From a virus (lineage: Duplodnaviria; Heunggongvirae; Uroviricota; Caudoviricetes): a stretch of 64,000 nt of DNA. Both the position numbers and the translations under genes were made by a program. The stretch lies in IMG/VR virus record IMGVR_UViG_3300042691_020576, one strand, 5' to 3'. Positions 1 through 9,803 of the stretch are shown here, piece after piece. Numbering within the stretch: position 1 is the stretch's first letter; each line of letters begins with the position of its first letter. The notes beneath the pieces were generated by a model that worked only from the letters and a program-made list of their open reading frames with translations, was not told the origin of the DNA and did not search any database.

Positions 1-526
1 TCTTATTGAACTCATCCACTTGCTCAATCTTACCATGTTGCAAAGCATGTGCTTTTAGTTCCTTGGCAATACCTACAGCATTCTCTGGACCATCAATGAT
101 TGTAATCACCTCATCCATCATTCCCATATAGTCCTCATACATCAGGAACAAATCATGCTCATCTGGTGTCATTTTATCGTTCCAGCCCAAGAGTTTGCTT
201 ACGGGGATGATAAATCCATGGTCTAGAAATATCTTCCTACTCACCCACTTGGCTAGTTTGTAGGTTCTGGAACGCTCCATTGAACGATATATGATGCGTA
301 ACTTGATACTTTGTTCCTTCTGACCGATAAACCAGTCAAAAGGGTTGAGTACAAACGCATCATCAATGAAGCTAGTTTTACCTGAGCCTGTTAAACCACC
401 TACAAGGAAATACAAAGACTTTCTGATACCAATATACCTATTCAACCTGTTAAATCCCATAGGAATACCACCATTTCTACCAGTTAAGCCTCGTTCAACT
501 TCATGTTTAAGTAGTTCAAAACTCAT
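1..526 (-). CDS. DnaB-like / RecA-fold replicative helicase (partial; continues beyond window start)
   Basis: Minus-strand translation starts MSFELLKHEVERGLTGRNGGIPMGFNRLNRYIGIRKSLYFLVGGLTGSGKTSFIDDAFV. The GxxGxGKT Walker A, preceded by the G(I/F)xxLDxxxGG(L)xxGxL pattern, is typical of the DnaB/T7 gp4 helicase C-terminal domain. The ATG at 526 overlaps the upstream stop (ATGA). Not in the ORF track because it runs off the window. Confidence 0.5.
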   Translation of the reverse strand, partial: MSFELLKHEVERGLTGRNGGIPMGFNRLNRYIGIRKSLYFLVGGLTGSGKTSFIDDAFVLNPFDWFIGQKEQSIKLRIIYRSMERSRTYKLAKWVSRKIFLDHGFIIPVSKLLGWNDKMTPDEHDLFLMYEDYMGMMDEVITIIDGPENAVGIAKELKAHALQHGKIEQVDEFNK

Positions 527-702
527 AGTTCTTGTATTAATTCTTCAATACTGTTGTAACAAAGCAGTCTTTCGTTTTCTGGACTACCACCTTCTTCCAT
601 CTCAGTTAAATAGAGATTGTAAAAATCTTCAATCTCTGTTTTCAGATTAGGATGTTTCTCGACTTGTTCACTAACGTATTCTGAAAGTTGTTCATGTGTC
701 AT
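523..702 (-). CDS. hypothetical small protein (59 aa)
   Basis: ATG at 702 overlaps the stop of the upstream gene (ATGA). Its stop overlaps the helicase start (ATGA). Translation: MTHEQLSEYVSEQVEKHPNLKTEIEDFYNLYLTEMEEGGSPENERLLCYNSIEELIQEL. Confidence 0.35.
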   Translation of the reverse strand: MTHEQLSEYVSEQVEKHPNLKTEIEDFYNLYLTEMEEGGSPENERLLCYNSIEELIQEL

Positions 703-1322
703 ATATCTGTTCCTCCAACAATTTTAGGAGCTTCTTCTACAGTGTTCCCTTCTTTAATCAACTCTATGAATGGTTCATAGCTACGCTGATTGAGATATGT
801 GAGACTGTTTTGCATGTAGCTCAGTTTGTTTGTAGATGTCTTTACAGAATTCTCTTTCTTCTGATTGACATCAAATAGCAATGCATCAATGAGATCTTTG
901 GCTGTATATTCGCCTTCTAGCAAAATCTTGTTGAATTTGATTCTGCATTCATCTTTATTCTGTCTCAAACCTCTGTTGCCTGAGAACTTTTTACCATTAT
1001 GAGTGAATGTGTCTGTACCTGGATAGACTTTCCACCATTCTTCAAACTCTGTAGTGTCAGCTTTCTTCTTGACAATCTTCTTTGGTTCCTTTGTATCAAT
1101 GAACACCAGAAGTTCTCTACCAAGCGTGGTGATTTTGTCTTCTGTTTCTGTAATGAGCCCTTTTCTGATCAAATTCTGATGCATTGCTTTGATCTTCATG
1201 CTTGATTCACACATGGGAGCAATGTCAAACTGCTCGTCTATGAGCTTCAAGAGGAACAATGAATCAAGAGAATATCCTTTCTTAATAAGTTCCTCAAAAT
1301 GGTAAGCTGTTAGTTTTTTCAT
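699..1322 (-). CDS. hypothetical protein (207 aa)
   Basis: Long minus-strand ORF in the tightly packed early operon. No recognisable motif. Confidence 0.5.
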   Translation of the reverse strand: MKKLTAYHFEELIKKGYSLDSLFLLKLIDEQFDIAPMCESSMKIKAMHQNLIRKGLITETEDKITTLGRELLVFIDTKEPKKIVKKKADTTEFEEWWKVYPGTDTFTHNGKKFSGNRGLRQNKDECRIKFNKILLEGEYTAKDLIDALLFDVNQKKENSVKTSTNKLSYMQNSLTYLNQRSYEPFIELIKEGNTVEEAPKIVGGTDI

Positions 1323-1497
1323 GTTCTACTACTGGGGTTACTAGTTCAACTTTTGCTGGCAATCTATGCTCTTCTTCGTTAATCTCTGCCATTATTCTTT
1401 GTTCTTCTTCAGCCTGCTGAGCCTGCAAATATACTACATCCTTAAGATGTTCTCTCTCATAATCCTCGTTATTAATGAAAGGTTTTAGTCTTTTCAT
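1294..1497 (-). CDS. hypothetical small acidic protein (67 aa)
   Basis: Minus-strand ORF with a short overlap to the downstream gene. Glu-rich. Confidence 0.3.
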   Translation of the reverse strand: MKRLKPFINNEDYEREHLKDVVYLQAQQAEEEQRIMAEINEEEHRLPAKVELVTPVVEHEKTNSLPF

Positions 1498-1657
1498 AGT
1501 TAAGGTTTTGTGTCTGGATAATAATCATCATCGTGCCATTCAGTAGTGATAGGAGGTTCATCACTTTTATTAAGAAATGGCGCACGACTAATTTCATAGG
1601 CCATCCATGCCCATAGTGCTACTAGGACAGAAATAAAAATGTAGGGGAACATAAGGG

Positions 1658-2116
1658 TTAGTTTTTAATGCGAAGACCGTATGCCAGATTGAACCATTCA
1701 AATGTCTGCTCAGCCTTAGCTTTATTGAATTTGAATACCTTTTTCAACAGGGGAATGGCGTATGCTTTAAATAGCTCATGTTGCTTTTCAGTCATGGTGT
1801 TATTGTAATACCATTCTTCATCATCCTTAATATCATCTGTTGTCTTACCAATCATATTCAATTGATATTCAACAAGATGATCTTGTATGTTTCTTCTGTT
1901 AATGACAACCTTAGGCTCTTGGAAGAATCTGTTGCCCTGGATTTCAGAAATGAACTCTTTCTTATCCCAAACTTCTACAAATGAAGGAGTTTGTATGAAT
2001 GTAAGCTTCACTACATCATCCTTGATGTAGCTAATGAAACAGAGACTACCCATGTAGTCTCTGAATCTATCTCCTTTACTCAGTTTCATGTTGTTAAGTT
2101 TTTTCGATATTCCCAC
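1658..2116 (-). CDS. hypothetical protein (152 aa)
   Basis: Minus-strand ORF. No recognisable motif. Confidence 0.45.
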   Translation of the reverse strand: MGISKKLNNMKLSKGDRFRDYMGSLCFISYIKDDVVKLTFIQTPSFVEVWDKKEFISEIQGNRFFQEPKVVINRRNIQDHLVEYQLNMIGKTTDDIKDDEEWYYNNTMTEKQHELFKAYAIPLLKKVFKFNKAKAEQTFEWFNLAYGLRIKN

Positions 2117-2304
2117 ACGGAAAAAGATTTACGTTTACCTCTCTTTCTTTTCTCCTCTTTCTTTTTCATCTGATTAAGGATTTCTTGGTTAGCTTCATCT
2201 TTTCTTACAGGAAGTGGATTATAGCTTGGAAAGGTTATGCCTCTTTGTCTAACAAGAGCTAGCTCGTTCTTCACTCTTTCTCTAGGGTGTGCTTTACGTG
2301 CCAT
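2086..2304 (-). CDS. small basic protein (72 aa)
   Basis: Lys/Arg-rich (KKKEEKRKRGKRK). Overlaps the next gene by 31 nt. Confidence 0.35.
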   Translation of the reverse strand: MARKAHPRERVKNELALVRQRGITFPSYNPLPVRKDEANQEILNQMKKKEEKRKRGKRKSFSVWEYRKNLTT

Positions 2305-2308
2305 AAGC

Positions 2309-4267
2309 TTAAAATAAAGAAAGCTGGTTAGGATTTACAACCACCTTACGTTTCTTACCACCAGATTCTATCTTGCTGATGATTTTCTCTGCACGCTCTA
2401 TGTAATAGGCATAATTGATGTTATCCAGAGGATGGTCTTTGCTCAGTTTATTACAAACTGTTGCTAACCATTCACCAGCTTCCACTTGAGAAATATCCGC
2501 AGCACCACTATCACTATCTTCATTCTTAACCTTTAGAAGCTTCTCACCTGTATTTGATACATAATAACGAATTAGCTTATTGTAGATTGTTTTCTCACCA
2601 CTTGCTCTATTAATACCTTCATAATGAAAATCTCTGCTGGCTTTCTGTCTTATGCAGAAGTCAAAGATAGATAGATGAGACTTAATAGTATGGTCAACAG
2701 GTATATTATGAACAAAATATTGTTCGAGAGCCAGAGGTACAATTCTTGCTGATTTGTTCTTATGAAGCTCGAAATCCGTGAGGAAATCGCCTTTCTTCTT
2801 GATTTCTCCATCTGTTTTTATTGCAAGATAGTCATTTACAGTGGAAAATATAATCTTTTGATAATCAGCTCTTTCTAGTTCATACTTTGTAAGGTCACAC
2901 CACCACTTATTGATTTCATGCATTTTGTCAACCAGAGACTTCTTAATTCTGATTGTAACACCATCCGTGTTAGCACTGATTACATGAATACCAGCAAGTT
3001 CATATGCCTCAATAAGCATCATTAGGCTTAATTCCCCTGTAATAGTGGTGAACATAGTGAGCTGTCTGTCATATATCCAGGACTGCATGTCTGAGCTTTT
3101 ACCATAAACAGAGTTTACAGCAAGCTTCAGTGCACCAACAATACCCTTGATGCGCTTGTCTTTCTTAGCTAAAGGCTTGAGTTCCAATCTTCTATTAAAC
3201 ATTTCCTTGTAACCACGGAGGAATTCTTTACCCAAATGGAAAGGATAGCGCTCATTATTGATGATGATGGCTGGATAGTAACTAGACACGTCCCAATCAA
3301 TGATGAGATATTCATCATCAGCTTCAAAGATTTCAGGTTTGTTCTCTGTGTGCAAGCCACCTTTCATGAAAGAATATACATTCCCATAGAAATGCAGTTC
3401 TTCTTTGAAATCATCCTGCATACCAAGCTCAATACCTTTGATGCGTTTGAGGAATTCTTTCAGTTCAGGGGTTTGAAATACTACATAGTTAGCAATGCAA
3501 TGTTTCACCTTGACAGATTTTCTGAAGAATCCCTTCTTTGGGAGCTCTTTATACTCAATCTTCTTCTGCTCACAGTAGAACTTCTTAATCATCTCATCCC
3601 CAATCTTACTATCTGAATAGTTCAAGCAAGGAATTCCAAACTCCTTCTCAATATCCAGTCTAAGTTCGATCTGGTTGTTTTGCTTATACAGAGGATGATC
3701 AGTTTCTCCTGTAGTGACCTTATAGAACTGATACGTGGCGTGCACATCATTCCTACAATAATCCTTGGTGATTTGAATATCCTGAGGTGTCATGTCTACA
3801 GCATCATGATGTATAGGCATTTCCTCAATGTTCTCCAAGTTCATCTCAAACTCTAGTCTTTTCAAGCTCACCATACGATTCTTATTATCGTAGTGATTGA
3901 TCTTGAAGAGATCTAACTGTTTGAGAGTCAAGTCACTTTCTCTATATTCAGGGAACACATCAAAGTTTGCATCATGGATTACATCTTGAGCCTTCTGACT
4001 AATCTTTCCAGTGATTTCCAATCCTGACAAATCATGCCAATAGTCATAATTCCTCAATACCCACTCAATCACTTGAGAGTCAAATCGTAGGTTATTGTAG
4101 CCCACCCAATAACGGTCTTTGAACAATTCTGTAAATTTTACAAACTTGTCCAAATCATTATTGTACCTACTCACCTCAAACTCAAAGTATGTATCTGCTT
4201 CTGGTACATAAGCACCTACAAGAAATAACTCTTTGAGTGTTTCTATATCGTAAATGATTACATTCAT
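2309..4267 (-). CDS. DNA polymerase, family B, with 3'-5' proofreading exonuclease
   Basis: Exo I IIYDIETL; Exo II GYNNLRFD; Exo III YCRNDVHATYQFY; pol motif A DWDVSSYYPAII (Dx2SLYPS-like); motif B KLAVNSVYGK (KxxxNSxYG); motif C SANTDGV (DTD). Confidence 0.9.
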   Translation of the reverse strand: MNVIIYDIETLKELFLVGAYVPEADTYFEFEVSRYNNDLDKFVKFTELFKDRYWVGYNNLRFDSQVIEWVLRNYDYWHDLSGLEITGKISQKAQDVIHDANFDVFPEYRESDLTLKQLDLFKINHYDNKNRMVSLKRLEFEMNLENIEEMPIHHDAVDMTPQDIQITKDYCRNDVHATYQFYKVTTGETDHPLYKQNNQIELRLDIEKEFGIPCLNYSDSKIGDEMIKKFYCEQKKIEYKELPKKGFFRKSVKVKHCIANYVVFQTPELKEFLKRIKGIELGMQDDFKEELHFYGNVYSFMKGGLHTENKPEIFEADDEYLIIDWDVSSYYPAIIINNERYPFHLGKEFLRGYKEMFNRRLELKPLAKKDKRIKGIVGALKLAVNSVYGKSSDMQSWIYDRQLTMFTTITGELSLMMLIEAYELAGIHVISANTDGVTIRIKKSLVDKMHEINKWWCDLTKYELERADYQKIIFSTVNDYLAIKTDGEIKKKGDFLTDFELHKNKSARIVPLALEQYFVHNIPVDHTIKSHLSIFDFCIRQKASRDFHYEGINRASGEKTIYNKLIRYYVSNTGEKLLKVKNEDSDSGAADISQVEAGEWLATVCNKLSKDHPLDNINYAYYIERAEKIISKIESGGKKRKVVVNPNQLSLF

Positions 4268-4464
4268 TTCTTCTCTTTTGGAACTCGTTTAATAAAGTCT
4301 TCTCCTTTGTTGATGAGTTCAATCAACGTAGGCATTTCACTAGACTTTAATACTCCAGGAACATGTTTCTTTGAAAAGTAGTCCTGATACTTTTCTCTTG
4401 GGATGGCATTCCACAATCCTGTATAGTGATTGTAATGGAACACGTAATTGTAGGTCTTTTCCAT
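4264..4464 (-). CDS. hypothetical small protein (66 aa)
   Basis: ATGA overlap with the polymerase start. Confidence 0.4.
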   Translation of the reverse strand: MEKTYNYVFHYNHYTGLWNAIPREKYQDYFSKKHVPGVLKSSEMPTLIELINKGEDFIKRVPKEKK

Positions 4465-4514
4465 GTAATAAGTTTTAAATGCCCCACTCTCATAGAGAGC
4501 AGGGCACTACAAAT

Positions 4515-4823
4515 TTACTTAACTCTGCGAAAACGTACAACATATTTCTTGTACTCATCAGATGGTTGGTAGTACATTTTATTGCCACTACGAACCAATC
4601 TACCTGTTCGCATCTTCGTTTTGAAAATCGAATCAACCAATCTATTGACAGAATCAATGTTTGTATCGTCTGTGTAAACCAATGGTTTAACTTGGCTCCA
4701 AGAGGAGCGATAAACTAATATAGCTGCCATGGTGATGAGGTTTTGGATGTGATTAAAGGTAGATTCTGATGTGATCCTTATGCTTTTCAACTCTGGTGAT
4801 AACTTTTGAAATCTCCAATTCAA
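4515..4823 (-). CDS. hypothetical protein (102 aa)
   Basis: Minus ORF. Overlaps 4753..5040 by about 70 nt; the true start may be the internal Met near 4730. Confidence 0.35.
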   Translation of the reverse strand: MNWRFQKLSPELKSIRITSESTFNHIQNLITMAAILVYRSSWSQVKPLVYTDDTNIDSVNRLVDSIFKTKMRTGRLVRSGNKMYYQPSDEYKKYVVRFRRVK

Positions 4824-5040
4824 CAGATGCAGCTTTTCTGCTGCGTCTCTTTGGACCTTTCCATTCAGCTATCTTGTACGTGCGCTTGGCTAAGTTGTAC
4901 AATGTTACACGAAATGATGTTTCGGGTTTTTTGTACACTGGTGCAAGTCTTTCAGCAATAAAACAGATGGGTTCACCTGTACGAATTACATTTTTCAACT
5001 CTTGCACCTGTTCCTTGGTAAGACGACTTTTCTTTGTCAT
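4753..5040 (-). CDS. hypothetical basic protein (95 aa)
   Basis: Minus ORF in the early operon. Confidence 0.4.
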   Translation of the reverse strand: MTKKSRLTKEQVQELKNVIRTGEPICFIAERLAPVYKKPETSFRVTLYNLAKRTYKIAEWKGPKRRSRKAASVELEISKVITRVEKHKDHIRIYL

Positions 5041-5070
5041 GAGGTTTGGTTTTAAACAATGATGAATGAT

Positions 5071-5262
5071 TTAGTATTCTTTGTCTGGTCCTAAAACTTC
5101 TACGATGAGACCATTACCGTCAATTGTGGGAACATATTCTGTCACCCAAACGTTTGGACCTTGTTCTCTGATTACTTTTGATCGAATAGAATCTCTTTTT
5201 GAGTTCCATTCTTCTACTGATTTCACTTGCTTTAAGCTTTCTACTGCTTGTTCTAGCGTCAT
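5071..5262 (-). CDS. hypothetical small protein (63 aa)
   Basis: Minus ORF. Confidence 0.35.
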   Translation of the reverse strand: MTLEQAVESLKQVKSVEEWNSKRDSIRSKVIREQGPNVWVTEYVPTIDGNGLIVEVLGPDKEY

Positions 5263-5272
5263 GTTACTTGAT

Positions 5273-5497
5273 TTAGAAATTAAAAATGGTTTTCACTATG
5301 TCCTTGAATGTCAATCTCTTAGGTGTGACATACTGTTGCATCATTTCATTTGCTCTGATAATGCCACTTCTGTCTACATAAAGTCTGCCTACATGCATCT
5401 CTTCCATCCATGCACAAAATTGAGGATCATCTGATAACACTGCTCGTTCAGCTTCAATCTGTTGAAGTCTTTCTATACCAATTTGATTTAATGTCAT
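5273..5497 (-). CDS. hypothetical small protein (74 aa)
   Basis: Minus ORF. Stop/start overlap with the neighbouring gene. Confidence 0.4.
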   Translation of the reverse strand: MTLNQIGIERLQQIEAERAVLSDDPQFCAWMEEMHVGRLYVDRSGIIRANEMMQQYVTPKRLTFKDIVKTIFNF

Positions 5498-5862
5498 AAT
5501 TCAATGTTTAGTTCTTCGCCTGTTAATGCGAAATAAAGGTTTTGGAGTTGGTGGAGGTATTGAAACCCTTTAGGCATAATTTTATCATCATGCAATATGC
5601 AATATGTTTTTCTGTTTGCATTAACATAAGAGCCTGTTCCCCCAATAACTAACGGGTCGTATATTTTATAGCTATACGATATAATCCAGCCTTCCCTATC
5701 TCTTTTCAACCCCGCCCTCTCCAATAATTCAGGTGTTATTGGGATGGGGGAAAACCCATCAACACCCATTAAAATATCAATCAATACATGAACATCTACC
5801 TCAATCAATGTTTCATCAAGATAGATTAAATTTCCAATCCTTAATTCGTTTGGCTGTATCAT
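5494..5862 (-). CDS. hypothetical protein (122 aa)
   Basis: Minus ORF. Confidence 0.45.
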   Translation of the reverse strand: MIQPNELRIGNLIYLDETLIEVDVHVLIDILMGVDGFSPIPITPELLERAGLKRDREGWIISYSYKIYDPLVIGGTGSYVNANRKTYCILHDDKIMPKGFQYLHQLQNLYFALTGEELNIEL

Positions 5863-5873
5863 ACATGTTAGAT

Positions 5874-6380
5874 TTATTCTGTAATATTATCTTCATGAGA
5901 GAATCCAGCTCCATCAAATTCAGGACCTTCATCATCATCCTCTTCCTCTTCTTCCTCTTCTTCCTCATAAGGAAGGGCGAGAGTGACTTTGTTGTCATAG
6001 AGGATTGGATTGATTTCATCTTCTTCTTCAAAAGTTTCATCATCTATGTCCAAATATACAGCTCCATCCCATTCATTGAGAATGTAATTGATGTCTTTGA
6101 GAGTGATGTCTCTTAGTTCATCCACATGATCACCTTCATCCCACCAGCCAATTTCTTCTGGTTCAGCTACAATTAATTCATCATAGATGAGATAGGGCTC
6201 AACAGGTGCACCATGTTTTGTAACAAACTCTTCTAGGGACTCAAAAGGCACCTTTTCAAGTGCCCATATTTCAACCTGTTCTTTGATTGTACCCTGATGC
6301 AGTTTGTTAATGAACCACATACCAGGTTCTAGTTGCTTAGGCATATAGCTCTTAAGCACCAATTCGACTGGATAGTACAT
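5874..6380 (-). CDS. hypothetical protein with poly-acidic C-terminal tail (EEEEEEEEEDDDEGPEFDG)
   Basis: The ORF track gives 5874..6461. The internal Met at 6380 (MYYPVELVLK) avoids the overlap with 6382..6597 and is the likelier start. Confidence 0.45.
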   Translation of the reverse strand: MYYPVELVLKSYMPKQLEPGMWFINKLHQGTIKEQVEIWALEKVPFESLEEFVTKHGAPVEPYLIYDELIVAEPEEIGWWDEGDHVDELRDITLKDINYILNEWDGAVYLDIDDETFEEEDEINPILYDNKVTLALPYEEEEEEEEEDDDEGPEFDGAGFSHEDNITE

Positions 6381-6381
6381 G

Positions 6382-6597
6382 TTAGTCTTTTTTGAGGTGA
6401 GAGAGAATGTCCTTCTCCTTAAATGTTCGCTTCTGAGGATTAGCTGCAAGCATGGGATCATCTGTATTGTCTATACGTACACACAGGTAAATATCATCTC
6501 CCTGATGAGAAATTACCTTCCATGTCTGTTCCATAGACTTACCTGCTGTTCCCATTTCATGTCTTTCAACCTTCTTGGTGAATACTGTTCCTACCAT
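6382..6597 (-). CDS. hypothetical small protein (71 aa)
   Basis: Minus ORF. Confidence 0.4.
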   Translation of the reverse strand: MVGTVFTKKVERHEMGTAGKSMEQTWKVISHQGDDIYLCVRIDNTDDPMLAANPQKRTFKEKDILSHLKKD

Positions 6598-6600
6598 AAC

Positions 6601-6858
6601 TTATTGATTTTCAAGTAAAAGTTGTCCTTCAAAGTCATAAAATGAATACATAATAAAATCATTATGAAATAATTTAAAATTTTGACTGATTGTACCATTA
6701 CATCCTTCAGGAAATCCGCTTATTCTTAATACTTCCCAATCTTCTCCATTATGTTTTCCTGTAGCAAACACTATTCTTCCATCTTTGGATTTCATCAATT
6801 TTGGAAAAGGTTTTCCAGTTTTGTTTTCTGATTCTTTAGTTTTAACTATGATTGCCAT
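6601..6858 (-). CDS. hypothetical small protein (85 aa)
   Basis: Minus ORF. Confidence 0.4.
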   Translation of the reverse strand: MAIIVKTKESENKTGKPFPKLMKSKDGRIVFATGKHNGEDWEVLRISGFPEGCNGTISQNFKLFHNDFIMYSFYDFEGQLLLENQ

Positions 6859-7451
6859 AACTTATTGATTTTTAATACTTTGACTTTACCGTTAGTGAGT
6901 TTGGGTTGTTTACTGACAGGACGTGGGATAAATTCAGTACCTTCTAATTTATCCTCATATACGGTTTCCATCTCCACTTCTACTTCCCATGACTTAGGTT
7001 GAGATAGAGATTGAATGTATTCGTCTATATTCCCTTTAGTAGAAACTTGACTTCCGTATTTTTCGCCAGCTTTAAATGCGGTTTTTATATCCTCCAAAGT
7101 AAACCCTCCTAGAAGTTCTTGTGCTTTTCGGAAACCCTCTTGCCTTAGATAGTTATTGCATTCTTTTCTTGAAGGTATTGACATAGCTCCCCTTTTGCCT
7201 GCTGGGTATAACTCTTCAACATCAACCCATCCTATCTCTTTCTGGTCTTCAGGAGAGAGTGCGGAGAAGTCGAATTGGTCTTGTTGAGATATTACTTTTT
7301 TGAAATCTGCATTAAGTAAAAAAGAAGTATTATTATATTGAAGCAAATTTGATGTTGGTTCATAAAAACAATAATTGCCTTCTTTTATTTTTTCATCAGA
7401 AGTAAGTACGTACCCTTGTGGTAGTTTGTGTAGTGTGTATGTTGGTTTCAT
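6846..7451 (-). CDS. hypothetical protein (201 aa)
   Basis: Minus ORF. Confidence 0.45.
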   Translation of the reverse strand: MKPTYTLHKLPQGYVLTSDEKIKEGNYCFYEPTSNLLQYNNTSFLLNADFKKVISQQDQFDFSALSPEDQKEIGWVDVEELYPAGKRGAMSIPSRKECNNYLRQEGFRKAQELLGGFTLEDIKTAFKAGEKYGSQVSTKGNIDEYIQSLSQPKSWEVEVEMETVYEDKLEGTEFIPRPVSKQPKLTNGKVKVLKINKLWQS

Positions 7452-7583
7452 TTGGCTCTGATTTTAAAGATGGCAATGGTTGTATCGTATATTCTTAATG
7501 ATTCTATTGGATGAATAGATGTGCGTGAAATACAATCTGAGTAAGTTCTTGGCTTCCACACCTCAATAAAATGCGTAGCGGGT

Positions 7584-7970
7584 TTAAGATTGTTCTCTAG
7601 TATCATCGCTAATAATTTGAATAAGGTTATTAATACAAGCTAATTCTGCTTCTTCGTAAGAGCCGTTATACTTTATAGGATCAAGACCAAGTTCTTTCAT
7701 ACCTTGTTTATCGTAAATTTGATAAGTGTATTCTTGAGTTCCTATTTCAATAAGACCAGTTAACCTATATTTATTCCTAAACCATCTAAACACTTGTTGT
7801 TTGAGTGGTAGTGAGATATTCTTGTCTTCAGTGTACCCATTCCAATTATACTCTCCACCCTCCCATATTTCATCAACATCATCAACACTTACAAACCAAT
7901 TAACAGGCATATTGAAGCCTATTTTTTTAAGAGCTAAGGCTTGTTCGTGTGTTACAAATTCTTGTTTCAT
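7584..7970 (-). CDS. hypothetical protein, paralog of 8703..9089
   Basis: Shares the N-terminal pattern T(H/F)EQA(L/K)xLKxxxFN(M/V)P with 8703..9089. Confidence 0.5.
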   Translation of the reverse strand: MKQEFVTHEQALALKKIGFNMPVNWFVSVDDVDEIWEGGEYNWNGYTEDKNISLPLKQQVFRWFRNKYRLTGLIEIGTQEYTYQIYDKQGMKELGLDPIKYNGSYEEAELACINNLIQIISDDTREQS

Positions 7971-8422
7971 AGTTTTCCTTCATTATAAAGTTTAGCAAAA
8001 TCAGATACGGCTAAGAAGACTGCTTCCTTTTCAGAACTACAATTTTCACCTATAACGTAGTAGATGAATAGGTCTGTATTATCTTTATCAATCATTCTCC
8101 AACCTTTTTCTGTCCATTGAATTAATTTTATGTAATACGACTTTACCTTAAACTCCCATTCATCAATAAAGTATTCGTTTGTTTTAGCATTACTGCTATC
8201 TACCGACAACCTTGTATTTGCTTTTATGAACTCAACAGCTTCCATTAACCAGTTCCAGTCTGAATGAAACTTCATAGACATGGTTTCAATCATTTTTGGT
8301 ATCGCTCCGAATTTAGTGGGATATTCAAATATGTTAAAGTCTTTGTCTGCTGGAGTTGTATTTACATAACCAAGCATCAAAGCTATCTGCTCACTACGCT
8401 CTTGTATTTCTTGTTGTGTCAT
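7967..8422 (-). CDS. hypothetical protein (151 aa)
   Basis: Minus ORF with ATGA overlap. Confidence 0.45.
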   Translation of the reverse strand: MTQQEIQERSEQIALMLGYVNTTPADKDFNIFEYPTKFGAIPKMIETMSMKFHSDWNWLMEAVEFIKANTRLSVDSSNAKTNEYFIDEWEFKVKSYYIKLIQWTEKGWRMIDKDNTDLFIYYVIGENCSSEKEAVFLAVSDFAKLYNEGKL

Positions 8423-8706
8423 AACATCTTTTTAATCATATCTGAATTTAGTGGTTTACCATTATCATAAAACCCTTTTTCAAATAAGGTAACTTGATTA
8501 CCAGAACCATACATGAAATAATTACCTCTAATTGTAACACCTGCTGTAATTTTATAGGCACTATTTTCGGAATTAAAAAAGGTAATAGCTTCATCAATGT
8601 TATGAAAAGCTCGAAAATGAGAATTAACTTTTTTACCCTCACCGTAATTCTGTGTTTTATACCAAACATTAATAGTTATAAAAACTACTTCATGATTATT
8701 TTTCAT
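8419..8706 (-). CDS. hypothetical protein (95 aa)
   Basis: Minus ORF with ATGA overlap. Confidence 0.4.
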   Translation of the reverse strand: MKNNHEVVFITINVWYKTQNYGEGKKVNSHFRAFHNIDEAITFFNSENSAYKITAGVTIRGNYFMYGSGNQVTLFEKGFYDNGKPLNSDMIKKML

Positions 8707-9089
8707 ATCAAGTTGTTTAGTACGTAATCAAATGCTTCTGAGTAAGCTTCTTGTGGCGTGTTATAAAGAGTATTTTCATTATCTACAACACCACTAACTA
8801 CTCTCCTCCAATTAGATTTGAGCTTTTTAGCTTTACAGTAATATCTGTCACCGTTTATTTCACAATAGGCCCAAATACCATGTACCACTCTCAACCATTC
8901 TACTACTTGCCATTGTTCTGGTTTGCTATAACAATTATAGGTACAACAGTTGTAATCTATATCCCAATGCTCATCTTTATAATCTTGTCCTTTTAAATCA
9001 AAGGCCCATTGTGTAGGTACATTAAATTCTTTCTCTTTTAGCTTTTTAGCTTGCTCAAATGTTACGTATGTTGGTTTTATCTGTGTCAT
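8703..9089 (-). CDS. hypothetical protein, paralog of 7584..7970
   Basis: N-terminal TFEQAKKLKEKEFNVPTQW matches THEQALALKKIGFNMPVNW of 7584..7970. Confidence 0.5.
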   Translation of the reverse strand: MTQIKPTYVTFEQAKKLKEKEFNVPTQWAFDLKGQDYKDEHWDIDYNCCTYNCYSKPEQWQVVEWLRVVHGIWAYCEINGDRYYCKAKKLKSNWRRVVSGVVDNENTLYNTPQEAYSEAFDYVLNNLI

Positions 9090-9292
9090 GGTACAAATTT
9101 TACATCATTCTTAATGTAGCGAAATATATCATCCCAATTACATGGCAGTATTGCAAACACCACTATGTAAATGAGAGTGAATATTATGCTAATTACTATT
9201 GCTAATTCACTATCACGTTCATTATCAAAAAGGAACCAGATGAACATGAGAATTATGAAGTAGATGATGATGTCTGCGTAATGTATTGTCAT
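9086..9292 (-). CDS. small predicted membrane protein (68 aa)
   Basis: Two long hydrophobic stretches (IIIYFIILMFIWFLF and IVISIIFTLIYIVVFAIL). Confidence 0.4.
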   Translation of the reverse strand: MTIHYADIIIYFIILMFIWFLFDNERDSELAIVISIIFTLIYIVVFAILPCNWDDIFRYIKNDVKFVP

Positions 9293-9294
9293 GG

Positions 9295-9636
9295 TTATTC
9301 ATTTACGATTTGAAAATAAATGGTTTCAGGGTATTCCCCAAACACAAAGAGTGTCACAGGACATATCCAGAGGACATGATTAACAATTTCCTCATTGTAT
9401 TCATGTGCTATGTACGTAGCACCAAAGTCATCAATACCTATTCTTGTAATCTTGTTACTCAAAGGTTCCTGATGATCAAGCTCTAATGTGATGTTTGTTC
9501 CATTATTGGAAAGAAAGTCTAACCATGTGTCAGCACCAGCAACCATTTCACAATCTGCTTCTGTGCCACCTGCATGAATGTACTCTGGAAGGTCAGCATA
9601 CCATCTGCCCTCCTTCTTGTAGAAAGGTAATTTCAT
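9295..9636 (-). CDS. hypothetical protein (113 aa)
   Basis: First gene of the leftward block, downstream of the ORF-free region. Confidence 0.45.
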   Translation of the reverse strand: MKLPFYKKEGRWYADLPEYIHAGGTEADCEMVAGADTWLDFLSNNGTNITLELDHQEPLSNKITRIGIDDFGATYIAHEYNEEIVNHVLWICPVTLFVFGEYPETIYFQIVNE

Positions 9637-9803
9637 TTGATTTTTGATTTAATGATGACGTAATAACCTGTGTTTAAAGCACCAGGTTTTGTATTTGGTA
9701 GCCAATGGGCTATTGTGCTCACCGTACTTTCTGATGATCTGTAGGTGAGTATTGTACCAGCTCAAAGCGTTCTTTTGTGTTGGTAACATATTTGTTGTTT
9801 TAG

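Noticed and set aside
345-1205. Plus-strand ORFs 345..650, 696..878 and 999..1205
   Set aside because: They lie antisense to well-formed minus-strand genes (helicase, 523..702, 699..1322). They have odd low-complexity composition. They are shadow ORFs.
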